DNA from: Bugula neritina
Lineage: Eukaryota > Animalia > Bryozoa
Assembly (NCBI GenBank): GCA_964035545.1
Contig: OZ037770.1
Coordinates: forward strand, 7,016,729-7,080,728
Length of the DNA stretch: 64,000 bases
Direction: 5' to 3'
Of the stretch, positions 27,401 through 40,145 are shown piece after piece. Within the stretch, counting starts at the first letter, position 1, and every line of letters begins with the position of its first letter. The notes beneath the pieces are model-generated. The model saw nothing but the letters and a program-made list of their open reading frames with translations, had not been told where the DNA came from and made no database searches. Both the position numbers and the translations under genes were made by a program.

Positions 27401-30400
27401 TACGCTACAGCGTAAATCAGTATGTTGCAGCAATTTTCAATGTGTTACAGTATATTTCAGTATATTACCGTATATTCAGGTATTTCGCAGTATAATCCAA
27501 TGTGTTGCAGTGTGTTTCAGTATGTTACAGTGCATTTGAGTATGTTGCAGTATGTTGCAGTAGATTTCAGTATGTTGGAGTATACTTATGTGTGTTGCAG
27601 TATATTCCAGTGTGTTGCAGGTTCTTTCAATGTGTTGCAGGGTATTTCGATATGTTACAGTGTAATTCAGTATGTTGCAGTATGCTGCAGTATATTTCAG
27701 TATGTTGCAGTATATTTCAGTCTGTTGCAGTATAATTCAGTGTGTTGCGGTATATTTCAATGTTTTGCAAAGTATTTCAATATGTACAGTGTATTTCAAG
27801 TTTTTACAGTGTTTTTTAGTAGGTTGCAGTATGTTGCAGTATGTCACAGTGTATTTCAGTATGTTGCAGTATCTTGCAGTATATTTCAGTATGTTGCAGT
27901 ATATTTCGGTATGTAGCTTATGTTTCAGTATGTTACAGTATGTTTCAGTATTTTGCAGTATATTTCACTGTGTTACACTGTATTTCTATATTTTACAGTG
28001 TTTTTCAGTAGGTTGCAGTATGTTGCAGTGTATTTCAGTATGCCACAGTGTATTTCAGTATGTTGCAGTGTCTTGAATTAAATTTCAATATGTTGCAGTA
28101 TATTTCAATGTGTTGCAGTATATTTCAGTATATTACCGTATCTTTAGTTATTCTGCAGTATATTCCAATGTGTCCCAGTGTGTTTCAGTATGTTACAGTG
28201 CATTTAAGTATATTGCAGTATATTGCATTATATTTCAATATGTTGCAGTATATTTTAATAAGTCGAAGTATATTTCAGAATGTTGCCGATTGTTTCAGTG
28301 TGTTGCAGTATATTTCACTGTGTTACAGTGTATTTCAAAATGTTACAGTGCATTTAAGTATATTGCAGTATGTTGCAGTATATTTCAGTATGTTGCAGGA
28401 TATTTCAGTGTGTTGCAGTATATTTCAATGTGTTGCAGGGTAATTCAGTATGTTACAGTGTATTTCAGTATCTTGCAGTATGTTGCAGTGTATTTCAGTA
28501 TGTTACAGTGTATTTCAGTATAATGCGTTATCTTGCAGTATATTTTAGTATATTGCGGTATATTTTAGTATGTTGCTTAAGTTTTAGTATATTACAGTAT
28601 GTTTTAGTGTTTTGCAGTATATTTCACTGTGTTACAGTGTATTTCAATATTTTACAGTGTTTGTCAGTGTATTTCAGTATGTTGCAGTTTCTTGCGTTAT
28701 ATTTCAATATGTTGCAGTATATTTCAATGCGTCGCAGGGTATTTCAATATGTTACAGTGTATTTCATTCTTTTACAGTGTTTTTCAGTATGTTGCAGTTT
28801 TTCGCAGCGTATTTCAGTATGTTGTAGTGTATTTCAGGATGTTGCAGTATCTTGAATTGTATTCTAATATGTTGCAGTATATTTCAATGTGTTGCAGTAT
28901 ATTTCAGTATATTACCGTATATTTAGGTATTTTGCAGTATATTACAATGTGTTCCAGTGTGTTTCAGTATGTTACAGTGCATTTCAGTATGTTGCAGTAT
29001 GTTGCAGTATATTTCGGTATGTTGCAGGATATTACAGTGTGTTGCAGTAGATTTCAATGTGTTGCAGGGTAATTCAATATGTTACAGTGTATTTCAGTAT
29101 CTTACAGTATGTTGAAGTGTATTTCAGTATGTTGCAGTGTTTTTCAGTATGTTGCAGTATCTTCCAGGATATTTCAGTATGTTGCAGTATATTTCAGTAT
29201 GTTGCCTATGTTTCAGTATGTTACAGTATGTTTTAGTATTTTCAGTATATTTCACTGTCTCACAGTGTATTTCAAAATGTTACAGTGTAATTTAGTATGT
29301 TGCAGTATGTTGCAGTATATTTCAGTCTGTTGCAATATAATTCAGTGTGTTGCGGTATGTTTCAATGTGTAGCAAGGTGTTTCAATATGTACAGTGCATT
29401 TCAAGTTTTTACAGTGTTTTTTAGTAGGTTGCAGCATGTTGCAGTATATCACAGTGTATTTCAGTATGTTGCAGTTTCTTGCGTCATATTTCAATATGTT
29501 GCGGTATATTTCAATGTGTTGCAGGGTATTTCAATATGTTACAGTGTATTTCATTCTTTTACAGTGTTTTTCAGTAGGTTGCAGTCTTCTGCAGTATGTC
29601 ACAGTGTTTTTCAGTATGTTACAGTGTATTTCATTATGTTGCAGTATGTTACAGTACATTTTCGTATATTACACTATACTTCAGCGAGTTGTGGTGTTTC
29701 TCGGTATGCTACAGCGTAATTCAGTATGTTGCAGTAATTTTCAAAGTGTTACAGTATTTTTCAATATAAAACCGTATATTTAGGTATTTCGCAGTATAAT
29801 CCAATGTGTTGCTGTGTGTTTCAGTATGTTACAGTGCATTCAAGTATGTTTCAGTATGTTGCAGTACATTTCAGTATGTTGCAGTGTACTTATGTGTGTT
29901 GCAGTATATCCCTGTGTGTTGCAGGTTATTTCATTGTGTTGCAGGGTATTTCGATATGTTACAGTGTATTTCAGTATGTTGCAGTATGTTGCAGTGTATT
30001 TCAGTATGTTGCAGTATCTTGCAGTATATTTCGGTATGTTGCTTATGTTTCAGTATGTTACAGTATGTTTTAGTATTTTGCAGTATATTTCACTCTGTTA
30101 CAGTGTATTTCAATATTTTACAGTGTTTTTCAGTAGGTTGCAGTATGTTGCAGTGTATTTCAGTATGCCACAGTGTATTTCAGTATGTTGCAGTGTCTTG
30201 AATTAAATTTCAATATGTTGCAGTATATTTCAATGTGTTGCAGTATATTTCAGTATATTACCGTATCTTTAGTTATTATGCAGTATATTCCAATGTGTCC
30301 CAGTGTATTTCCGTATGTTACAGTGCATTTAAGTATATTGCAGTATATTGCATTATATTTCAATATGTTGCAGTATATTTTAATAAGTCGAAGTATATTT

Positions 30401-33400
30401 CAGAATGTTGCCGATTGTTTCAGTGTGTTGCAGTATATTTCACTGTGTTACAGTGTATTTCAAAATGTTACAGTGCATTTAAGTATATTGCAGTATGTTG
30501 CAGTATATTTCGGTAAGTTGCAGGATATTTCAGTGTGTTGCAGGGTAATTCAGTATGTTACAGTGTATTTCAGTATCTTGCAGTATGTTGCAGTGTATTT
30601 CAGTATGTTACAGTGTATTTCAGTATGTTGCAGTATCTTGCAGTATATTTTAGTATATTGCGGTATATTTTAGTATGTTGCTTATGTTTTAGTATATTAC
30701 AGTATGTTTTAGTGTTTTGCAGTATATTTCACTGTGTTACAGTGTATTTCAATATTTTACAGTGTTTTTCATTGTATTTCAGTATGTTGCAGTTTCTTGC
30801 GTTATATTTCAATATGTTGCAGTATATTTCAATGCGTTGCAGGGTATTTCAATATGTTACAGTGTATTTCATTCTTTTACAGTGTTTTTCAGTAGGTTGC
30901 AGTATGTTGCAGTGTATTTCAGTATGCCACAGTGTATTTCAGTATGTTGCAGTATCTTGAATTAAATTTCAAAATGTTGCAGTATATTTCAATGTGTTGC
31001 AGTATATTTCAGTATATTACCGTATATTTAGTTATTCTGCAGTATATTCCAATGTGTTCCGGTGTGTTTCAGTATGTTACAGTGCATTTAAGTATTTTGC
31101 AGTATATTGCATTATATTTCAATATGTTGCAGTATATTTTAATAAGTCGATGTATATTTCAGTATGTTGCCGATTGTTTCAGTGTGTTGCAGTATATTTC
31201 ACTGTGTTACAGTGTATTTCAAAATGTTACAGTGCATTTAAGTATATTGCAGTATGTTGCAGTATATTTCAGTATGTTGCAGGATATTTCAGTGTGTTGC
31301 AGTATATTTCAATGTGTTGCAGGGTAGTTCAGTATGTTACAGTATATTTCAGTATCTTGCAGTATGTTGCAGTGTATTTCAGTATGTTATAGTGTATTTC
31401 AGTATGTTGCAGTATCTTGCTGTATATTTTAGTATAATGCGGTATATTTTAGTATGTTGCTTATGTTTCAGTATATCACAGTTAGTTTTAGTGTTTTGCA
31501 GTATATTTCACTGTGTTACAGTGTATTTCAATATTTTACAGTGTTTTTCAGTGTACTTCAGTATGTTGCAGTTTCTTGGGTTATATTTCAATATGTTGCA
31601 GTATATTTCAATGTGTTGCAGGGTATTTCAATATGTTACAGTGTACTTCATTCTTTTACAGTGTTTTTCAATAGGTTGCAGTATTCTGCAGTATGTCACA
31701 GTGTATTTCAGTATGTTACAGTGTAATTCATTATGTTGCAGTATGTTACAGTACATTTTCGCATATTACACTATACTTCAGCAACTTGTGGTGTCTCTCA
31801 GTACGCTACAGCGTAATTCAGTATGTTGCAGCAATTTTCAATGTGTTACAGTATATTTCAGTATATTACCGTATATTCAGGTATTTCGCAGTATAATCCA
31901 ATGTGTTGCAGTGTGTTTCAGTATGTTACAGTGCATTTGAGTATGTTGCAGTATGTTGCAGTAGATTTGAGTATGTTGGAGTATACTTATGTGTGTTGCA
32001 GTATATTCCAGTGTGTTGCAGGTTCTTTCAATGTGTTGCAGGGTATTTCGATATGTTACAGTGTAATTCAGTATGTTGCAGTATGCTGCAGTATATTTCA
32101 GTATGTTGCAGTATATTTCAGTCTGTTGCAGTATAATTCAGTGTGTTGCGGTATATTTCAATGTTTTGCAAAGTATTTCAATATGTACAGTGTATTTCAA
32201 GTTTTTACAGTGTTTTTTAGTAGGTTGCAGTATGTTGCAGTATGTCACAGTGTATTTCAGTATGTTGCAGTATCTTGCAGTATATTTCAGTATGTTGCAG
32301 TATATTTCGGTATGTAGCTTACGTTTCAGTATGTTACAGTATGTTTCAGTATTTTGCAGTATATTTCACTGTGTTACACTGTATTTCTATATTTTACAGT
32401 GTTTTTCAGTAGGTTGCAGTATGTTGCAGTGTATTTCAGTATGCCACAGTGTATTTCAGTATGTTGCAGTGTCTTGAATTGTATTCTAATATGTTGCAGT
32501 ATATTTCAATGTGTTGCAGTATATTTCAGTATATTACCGTATATTTAGGTATTTTGCAGTATATCACAATGTGTTCCAGTGTGTTTCAGTATGTTACAGT
32601 GCATTTCAGTATGTTGCAGTATGTTGCAGTATATTTCGGTATGTTGCAGGATATTACAGTGTGTTGCAGTAGATTTCAATGTGTTGCAGGATAATTCAAT
32701 ATGTTACAGTGTATTTCAGTATCTTACAGTATGTTGAAGTGTATTTCAGTATGTTGCAGTGTTTTTCAGTATGTTGCAGTATCTTCCAGGATATTTCAGT
32801 ATGTTGCAGTATATTTCAGTATGTTGCCTATGTTTCAGTATGTTACAGTATGTTTTAGTATTTTTCAGTATATTTCACTGTCTCACAGTGTATTTCAAAA
32901 TGTTACAGTGTAATTTAGTATGTTGCAGTATGTTGCAGTATATTTCAGTCTGTTGCAATATAATTAAGTGTGTTGCGGTATGTTTCAATGTGTAGCAAGG
33001 TGTTTCAATATGTACAGTGCATTTCAAGTTTTTACAGTGTTTTTTAGTAGGTTGCAGCATGTTGCAGTATATCACAGTGTATTTCAGTATGTTGCAGTTT
33101 CTTGCGTCATATTTCAATATGTTGCGGTATATTTCAATGTGTTGCAGGGTATTTCAATATGTTACAGTGTATTTCATTCTTTTACAGTGTTTTTCAGTAG
33201 GTTGCAGTCTTCTGCAGTATGTCACAGTGTTTTTCAGTATGTTACAGTGTATTTCATTATGTTGCAGTATGTTACAGTACATTTTCGTATATTACACTAT
33301 ACTTCAGCGAGTTGTGGTGTTTCTCGGTATGCTACAGCGTAATTCAGTATGTTGCAGTAATTTTCAATGTGTTACAGTATTTTTCAGTATAAAACCGTAT

Positions 33401-33700
33401 ATTTAGGTATTTCGCAGTATAATCCAATGTGTTGCTGTGTGTTTCAGTATGTTACAGTGCATTTAAGTATGTTTCAGTATGTTGCAGTACATTTCAGTAT
33501 GTTGCAGTGTACTTATGTGTGTTGCAGTATATCCCTGTGTGTTGCAGGTTATTTCATTGTGTTGCAGGGTATTCGATATGTTACAGTGTATTTCAGTATG
33601 TTGCAGTATGTTGAAGTGTATTTCAGTATGTTGCAGTATCTTGCAGTATATTTCGGTATGTTGCTTATGTTTCAGTATGTTACAGTATGTTTTAGTATTT
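24480..33700 (+). repeat. Higher-order repeat with core offset 4401 bp (25690-28079 vs 30091-32480); flanking offsets of 4710 and about 3622 result from internal deletions
   Basis: ORF pairs 25772/30173, 26853/31254 and 27672/32073; also 24587/29297 and 29394/33017. Confidence 0.88.
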
Positions 33701-36700
33701 TGCAGTATATTTCACTGTGTTAAAGTGTATTAACATTTTTTAGAGTGCTTTTCAGTAGGTTGCAGTATGTTGCAGTGTATTTCAGTATGCAACAGTGTGT
33801 TTCAGTATGATGCAGTATCTTGAATTATGTTTCAATATGTTGCAGTATATTTCAATTTGTTGCAGTATATTTCAGTATATTACTGTATATTTAGGTATTT
33901 TGCAGTATATTCCAATGTGTTCCAGTGTGTTTCAGTATGTTACAGTGCATTTCAGTATGTTGCAGTGTGTTGCAGTATATTTCAGTATGTTGCAGGATAT
34001 TTCAGTGTGTTGCAGTAAATTTCAATGTGTTGCAGGGTAATTCAATATGTTACAGTGTATTTCAGTATCTTGAAGTATGTTGCAGTGTATTTCAGTATGT
34101 TGCAGTATATTTCTGTGTGTTACAGTATATTTCAGTGTGTCACAGTATATTTCAGTATGTTACAGTACATTTCAGTATATTACACTATATTTCAGTGAGT
34201 TGCAGTGTATTTCAGTGTGCTAAAGCAAGTTTTCAGTATGTTACAGTGTATTTCAGTATGTTGCAGTATGTTGCAGTATACTTCAGTATGTTGCAGTATA
34301 TTTCGGTTTGTTGCAGCATATTTCAGTGTGTTGCAGTATATTTCAATGTGTTGAAGGGTATTTCGATATGTTACAGTGAACTTCAGTATGTTGCAGTATA
34401 TTTCGGTGTGTTGCAGCATATTTCAGGGTGTTGCAGTATATTTCAATGTGTTGCAGGGTATTTCAATATGTTACAGTGTATTTCAATATTTTACAGTGTT
34501 TTTCAGTATGTTGCAGTATGTTACAGTACATTTTCGCATATTACACTTTACTCCAGCGAGTTGTGGTGTCTCTTAGTACGCTACAGCGTAATTCAGTATG
34601 TTGCAGTATTTTTCAATGTGTTACAGTATATTTCAGTATATTACCGTAATTTGAGGTATTTTGCAGTATTTTCCAATGTGTTGCAATGTGTTTCAGTATG
34701 TTACAGTGCATTTCAGTATGTTGCAGTATGTTGCAGTATATTTCAGTATGTTGCAGGGTATTTCGATATGTTACAGTGTATTTCAGTATGTTGCAGTATG
34801 TTGCAGTGTATTTCAGTATGTTGCAGCGTATTTCAGTATGTTGCAGTATCTTGCAGTATATTTCAGTATGTTGCAGTGTATTTCGGGATGTTGCTTATGT
34901 TTCAGTATGTTACAGTATGTTTTAGTATTTTGCAGTATATTTCACTGTGTTACAGTGTATTTCAATATTTTACAGTGTTTTTCAGTAGGTTGCAGTATGT
35001 TGCAGTATGTTGCAGTATACTTCAGTATGTTGCAGTATATTTCGGTCTGTTGCAGCATATTTCAGTGTGTTGCAGTATATTTCAATGTGTTGCAGGGTAT
35101 TTCGATATGTTACAGTGAACTTCAGTATGTTGCAGTATCATTCAGTATGTTGCTTATTTTTCAGTGTGTTTTAGTATGTTTTAGTATTTTGCAGTATATT
35201 TCACTGTGTTAAAGTGTATTTCGATATTTAACAGTGTTTTTCAGTAGGTTGTAGTATGTTGCAATGTATTTCAGTATGCAACAGTGTATTTCAGTATGAT
35301 GCAGTATCTTAAATTATGTTTCAATATGTTGCAGTATATTTCAATGTGTTGCAGTATATTTCAGTATATTACCGTATATTGAGGTATTTTGCAGTTTTTT
35401 CCAATGTGTTGCAATGTGTTTCAGTATGTTGCAGTGCATTTCAGTATGTTGCAGTATCTTGCAGTATATTTCAGTATGTTGCAGTATATTTCTGTGTGTT
35501 GCAGTATATTTCAATGTGTTGCAAAGTGTTTCAATATATACAGTGTATTTTAAGTTTTTACAGTGTTTTTTAGTAGGTTGCAGTATGTTGCAGTATGTAG
35601 CAGTGTTTTTCAGTATGTCACAGTGTATTTCAGTATGTTGCAGTTTCTTGCGTTATATTACAATATGTTGCAGTATATTTCAATGTGTTGCAGGGTATTT
35701 CAGTATGTTGCAGTAGTTTTCAATGTGTTACTGTGTATTTCAGTAGTTTACCATATATTTCGGTATCTTGCAGTATAATTCAGTATGTTGCAGTATATTT
35801 CGGTATGTTGCTTATGTTTCAGTATGTTACAGTATGTTTTAGTATTTTGCAGTATATTTCACTGTGTTACACTGTATTTCTATATTTTATAATGTTTTTC
35901 AGTAGGTTGCAGTATGTTGCAGTATGTTGCTGTGTATTTCATTATGTCACGGTGTATTTTAGTATGTTGCAGTATCTTGCATTATATTTTAATGTGTTGC
36001 AGTATATTTTAATGTGTCGAAGTATATTTCAGTATGTTGCCGATTGTTTCAGTGTGTTGCAGTATATTTCACTGTGTTACAGTGTATTTCAATATGTTGC
36101 AGTATATTTCAGTATGTTGCATATGATTCAGTATGTTACAGTATGTTTTAGTATTTTGCAGTATATTTCACTCTGTTACAGTGTATTTCAATATTTTACA
36201 GTGTTTTTCAGTAGGTTGCAGTATGTTGCAGTGTATTTCAGTATGCCACAGTGTATTTCAGTATGTTGCAGTGTCTTGAATTATATTTCAATATGTTGCA
36301 GTATATTTTAATAAGTCGAAGTATATTTCAGAATGTTGCCGATTGTTTCAGTGTGTTGCAGTATATTTCACTGTGTTACAGTGTATTTCAAAATGTCACA
36401 GTGCATTTAAGTATATTGCAGTATGTTGCAATATATTTCAGTATGTTGCAGGATATTTCAGTGTGTTGCAGTATATTTCAATGTGTTGCAGGGTAATTCA
36501 ATATGTTACAGTGTATTTCAGTATCTTGCAGTATGTTGCAGTGTATTTCAGTATGTTACAGTGTATTTCAGTATGTTGCAGTATCTTGCAGTATATATTA
36601 GTATAATGCGGTATATTTTAGTATGTTGCTTATGTTTCAGTATATTACAGTATGTTTTAGTGTTTTGCAGTATATTTCACTGTGTTACAGTGTATTTCAA

Positions 36701-37112
36701 TATTTTACAGTGTTTTTCAGTGTATTTCAGTATGTTGCAGTGTATTTCAGTATGTTGCAGTATCTTGCAGTATATTTCAGTATGTTGCAGTGTATTTCGG
36801 TATGTTGCTTATGTTTCAGTATGTTACAGTATGTTTTAGTATTTTGCAGTATATTTCACTGTGTTACACTGTGTCTATATTTTACAGTGTTTTTCAGTAG
36901 GTTGCAGTATGTTGCAGAATGTTGCTGTGTATTTCATTATGTCACAGTGTATTTTAGTATGTTGCAGTATATTGCATTACATTTCAATATGTTGCAGTAT
37001 ATTTTAATAAGTCGAAGTATATTTCAGTATGTTGCCGATTGTTTCAGTGTGTTGCAGTATATTTCACTGTGTTACAGTGTGTTTCAAAATGTTGCAGTGT
37101 TTTTCAGTATGT

Positions 37113-37130
37113 CACAGTTAGTTTAAGGTC
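37113..37130 (+). repeat. Left terminal inverted repeat (18 bp, perfect)
   Basis: Reverse complement of 39662-39679; identical at 62955-62972. Confidence 0.95.
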
Positions 37131-37192
37131 ATACTTTTCATTTTCTGGCTCTTTGCCAGGTGCTTTATGTTCTATATGAATAATGTTCCACT

Positions 37193-37206
37193 GATAGCTC
37201 GAACAG
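37193..37206 (+). repeat. Subterminal inverted repeat GATAGCTCGAACAG, partner CTGTTCGAGCTATC at 39594-39607
   Basis: Exact 14-bp reverse complement, 80 and 72 bp inside the two ends. It sits in a longer imperfect inverted match (TCACA, AACAAA, ATGAAAAGATA, ATATACTTTTTT). Confidence 0.9.
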
Positions 37207-38700
37207 GTTGAATGTCACAGGAACAAAAAAAATATGAAAAGATAAAGAAACTTATGTTCTCCAATATACTTTTTTATTTTTTTCAAATGCCAATTCATGT
37301 TTAAGTTATAGCTTGTTGAAAAACATAGTCCCCCTTCCACATTCTTTTCAATTTATACGCTCCTGACTTGTTATTGTGTCTCAATATGTCTTGTATTTGA
37401 GTGCTCGTTAGTCTCGCGTCACTAACTTTGCCTATACTTTACAAGTGCCAGTGCTGCTGGCTCAAAAGCTAAATGTTATAAACTGTCAGCTAAAACCCAA
37501 TCTTGTATTCCTAGGTTGGTTGGCCTAAATAAAACAATAGTCAAATCATGATTTCATGTTTTAAAAATTCACTCTATTCTAACCTGCTGCCTAGCTAGTT
37601 CTATTTTTGATGTATAATTACAAAATTTGTGATACATTTTTTTAGCAACCATGTGATTTATAAAATGCAGTAATGGTACTTATAATATTATATTATTATC
37701 ATTATAATATATTATATAGTATTATGTGTGTTTTTATTATACTGCATAATATCTATTTTATTATTGTTGCTGTGCAAACAAGTGCAATTAACCTAGTTTT
37801 CAAAATGTACATCTGAATTATCAGAATATCAGTTTAGATATTTTCATGCTTTGTAAGGTAAACCTAAAAAAGAGGCTGTATTCTCAAAGTAAAGGGTGTT
37901 GAACTATGAACTATATTAGATTAGCCACTCCGCTACCAAGTGCATCAGTATAATATTATATGAATAGCTCTAATGCTTTGTCTCCGGTGGCTGGCTGCGA
38001 TATGATAACTTGGCCAGCTTCCAAGAGTTTAAAATTGGCGCAATTATTCAAGAGGTTACATACTGCACAGAGCTAGCAGTGATAGTAACCTTGCAGTACT
38101 TATTACAACTGCCAGCATATAAGCTGCATTGTAGAATGCCGTTGGGGTAGGCTAGTAAAACCAAATTCTGCTCTCTAATATACCTTAGACACAATGCAGC
38201 AACATAATTTTTAGTTTCAAATTACATTTGCCACCCTTACATGAGCTGTGGGCTTCATAAAGATTCACATGATTAGAGATTTATGCTATAAGCCCTATCT
38301 GTGCTAGTGTATGATGGAAATAACACACCATTGTCAAAGTTAACTTCAAGTATGTTGTTTTCCAGAAACTCAGTAATGTCCATTTATCTCTCGCATACTA
38401 ATACTTATGTAATAGCATACAGTTTAAGTTTTATTTTAGAGCACATCTGCAAACTCTACAATAAGAGCTTGCTTTACCAGTCTATTTCAGACCTGTTTTT
38501 GTAGCTAGTAATACGCAAGCTACTTATTTTTAAACTATTGGGTTATTTGTTCAAAACCATTAGCTTTCCTAGTAACCCGAGACTATTGCAACAGTTGACT
38601 GCTATCAACATGAATTGACGGCCTAATAATTATAACCAATTTGCGCGCAAAATATTTATGTAATGATAGTTACTCATATAGTGCGGGTTACAAAAATGAT

Positions 38701-38781
38701 GACTGCGTGGTCCAGAGGTTAGAGGCGTCAGCGAGGAGTTGGTTAATCATGGTTCAACCCTGTTTCATAACAATTTTTTTT
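38701..38781 (+). promoter_or_regulatory. Degenerate tRNA-like / SINE-head Pol III type-2 cassette (A box, B box, T8 terminator) inside the transposon
   Basis: A-box-like TGGTCCAGAGG at 38708-38718 and B-box-like GGTTCAACCC at 38751-38760, at tRNA spacing (43 nt start to start). T8 run at 38774-38781. The acceptor stem does not pair, so it is not a functional tRNA. Confidence 0.5.
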
Positions 38782-39661
38782 GTTAACTTATGCAAATCCT
38801 ACGCATGTATAATAAATATGGCTATAATTGTAAAGTTTTTTTTAACTTTTGTTCAACAGTAAGACAACATACATGCATAATAATTAGATACTGAACACTG
38901 GACTAAACCTTAAATTGATCTTATAGAATACAATGTACTTAAAATAATCATATGTGAATTAGAGAAACTGAAAGTACACCTGCTGCGCTATAGACAGACC
39001 TTTCCTGACAAGACTGCAAAGTGAAGTGATTCAGCTGAAATTAACTCTGCCAAACAAACAAAGAATTATGTTGTGCTGAGGCATTTTCAATATATTATTG
39101 TAACATAGTGAGATGATTCAGCTAAGTGCTAATGTAAAACAGGGAACATTATATTGGCAGAAATCCAATAGATTGCCAATTTGTGCAAGAGGGTACTATA
39201 TGTTATTGTGATAGCGCAGAGCGGCAAACGTACTAGGAATGTTATAATTAGTCACAGGAGCGTAGCTAGAACCACCATATGAAGAATTTAGAAAATTGCA
39301 GTGAAACTTGCAAAATGGTGTATGTTTTTACCAAATTGTGAAGAGCATAAACAAAATTTCAAAAAACAAAGAAAGTATATTAGAGAAAACATATTAAGGA
39401 ATGTCAAGTTTAACTTTTAAACTTTATAAAATGAATCCCCTGTGCTACAGCAGTGGAACATGGAGGGTGTAAAATTTTACTTATTATGCGACAACTTTCT
39501 CAGAAAATTTTTTATTGAAAAATTAAAAAAGTATATGAAAGAGGAATGCAAGAGCTATCTTTTCATGCAAAATTTGTTAATGTGAGACTAAAACTGTTCG
39601 AGCTATCTCCTGGAAACCGTTTACATATAAGATAAAGCAGTGCCTGAATCTGGAAAGTAAC

Positions 39662-39679
39662 GACCTTAAACTAACTGTG
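39662..39679 (-). repeat. Right terminal inverted repeat (18 bp, perfect)
   Basis: GACCTTAAACTAACTGTG, followed by GT and resumption of the satellite. Confidence 0.95.
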
Positions 39680-39689
39680 GTTGCAGTAT

Positions 39690-40145
39690 CTTCCAGGATA
39701 TTTCAGTATGTTGCAGTTTATTTCAGTATGTTGCTTATGTTTCAGTATGTTACAGTATGTTTTAGTATTTTGCAGTGTATTTCACTGTGTTACAGTGTAT
39801 TTCAAAATGTTACAGTGTAATTTAGTATGTTGCAGTATTTTGCAGCGTATTTCAGTATGTTGCAGTGTTTTTCAGTATGTTGCAGTATCTTGCATTATAT
39901 TTCAGTATGTTGCAGGATATTTCAGTATGTTGCAGTTTATTTCAGTATGTTGCATATGTTTCAGTATGTTACAGTATGTTTTAGTATTTTGCAGTGTATT
40001 TCACTGTGTTACAGTGTATTTCAAAATGTTACAGTGTAATTTAGTATGTTGCAGTATTTTGCAGCGTATTTCAGTATGTTGCAGTGTTTTTCAGTATGTT
40101 GCAGTATCTTGCATTATATTTCAGTATGTTGCAGGATATTTCAGT
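39690..40145 (+). repeat. Tandem duplication, period 219 bp, adjoining the right TIR
   Basis: ORF pair 39827/40046 and an internal repeat in ORF 39681..40277. Confidence 0.85.

Larger units (their letters stand above)
1..37112 (+). repeat. Satellite DNA array, left arm: 10-bp monomer family (CAGTATGTTG, CAGTATATTT and variants) with higher-order structure; continues beyond the window start
   Basis: Continuous 10-bp periodicity visible in the 10-base blocks, with the phase shifting only at rare 9- or 11-bp monomers. Single orientation, T/G-rich + strand. Confidence 0.98.
37113..39679. mobile_element. Non-autonomous TIR DNA transposon, 2567 bp, CAC...GTG termini and 2-bp TSD (GT); best fit is the CMC/EnSpm (CACTA-like) superfamily
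   Basis: CACAGTTAGTTTAAGGTC (37113-37130) is the exact reverse complement of GACCTTAAACTAACTGTG (39662-39679). Flanks read cagtat-GT|element|GT-tgcagtatc. A second copy starts at 62955. No transposase ORF. The superfamily is inferred from ends and TSD only. Confidence 0.9.

Noticed and set aside
37113-37150. RAG/Transib-like RSS end (CACAGTT resembles the heptamer CACAGTG)
   Set aside because: The TSD is 2 bp rather than the 5 bp of Transib/ProtoRAG, and no nonamer-like motif lies at 12- or 23-bp spacing.
38701-38772. Functional tRNA gene
   Set aside because: The acceptor and D stems do not pair and the anticodon loop lacks U33. It is kept only as a tRNA-like promoter remnant.
38301-38862. 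Short ORFs 38301..38504 and 38641..38862 inside the transposon
   Set aside because: Both are under 75 aa, start at non-ATG codons and show no recognisable domain. This is the chance level for AT-rich DNA.
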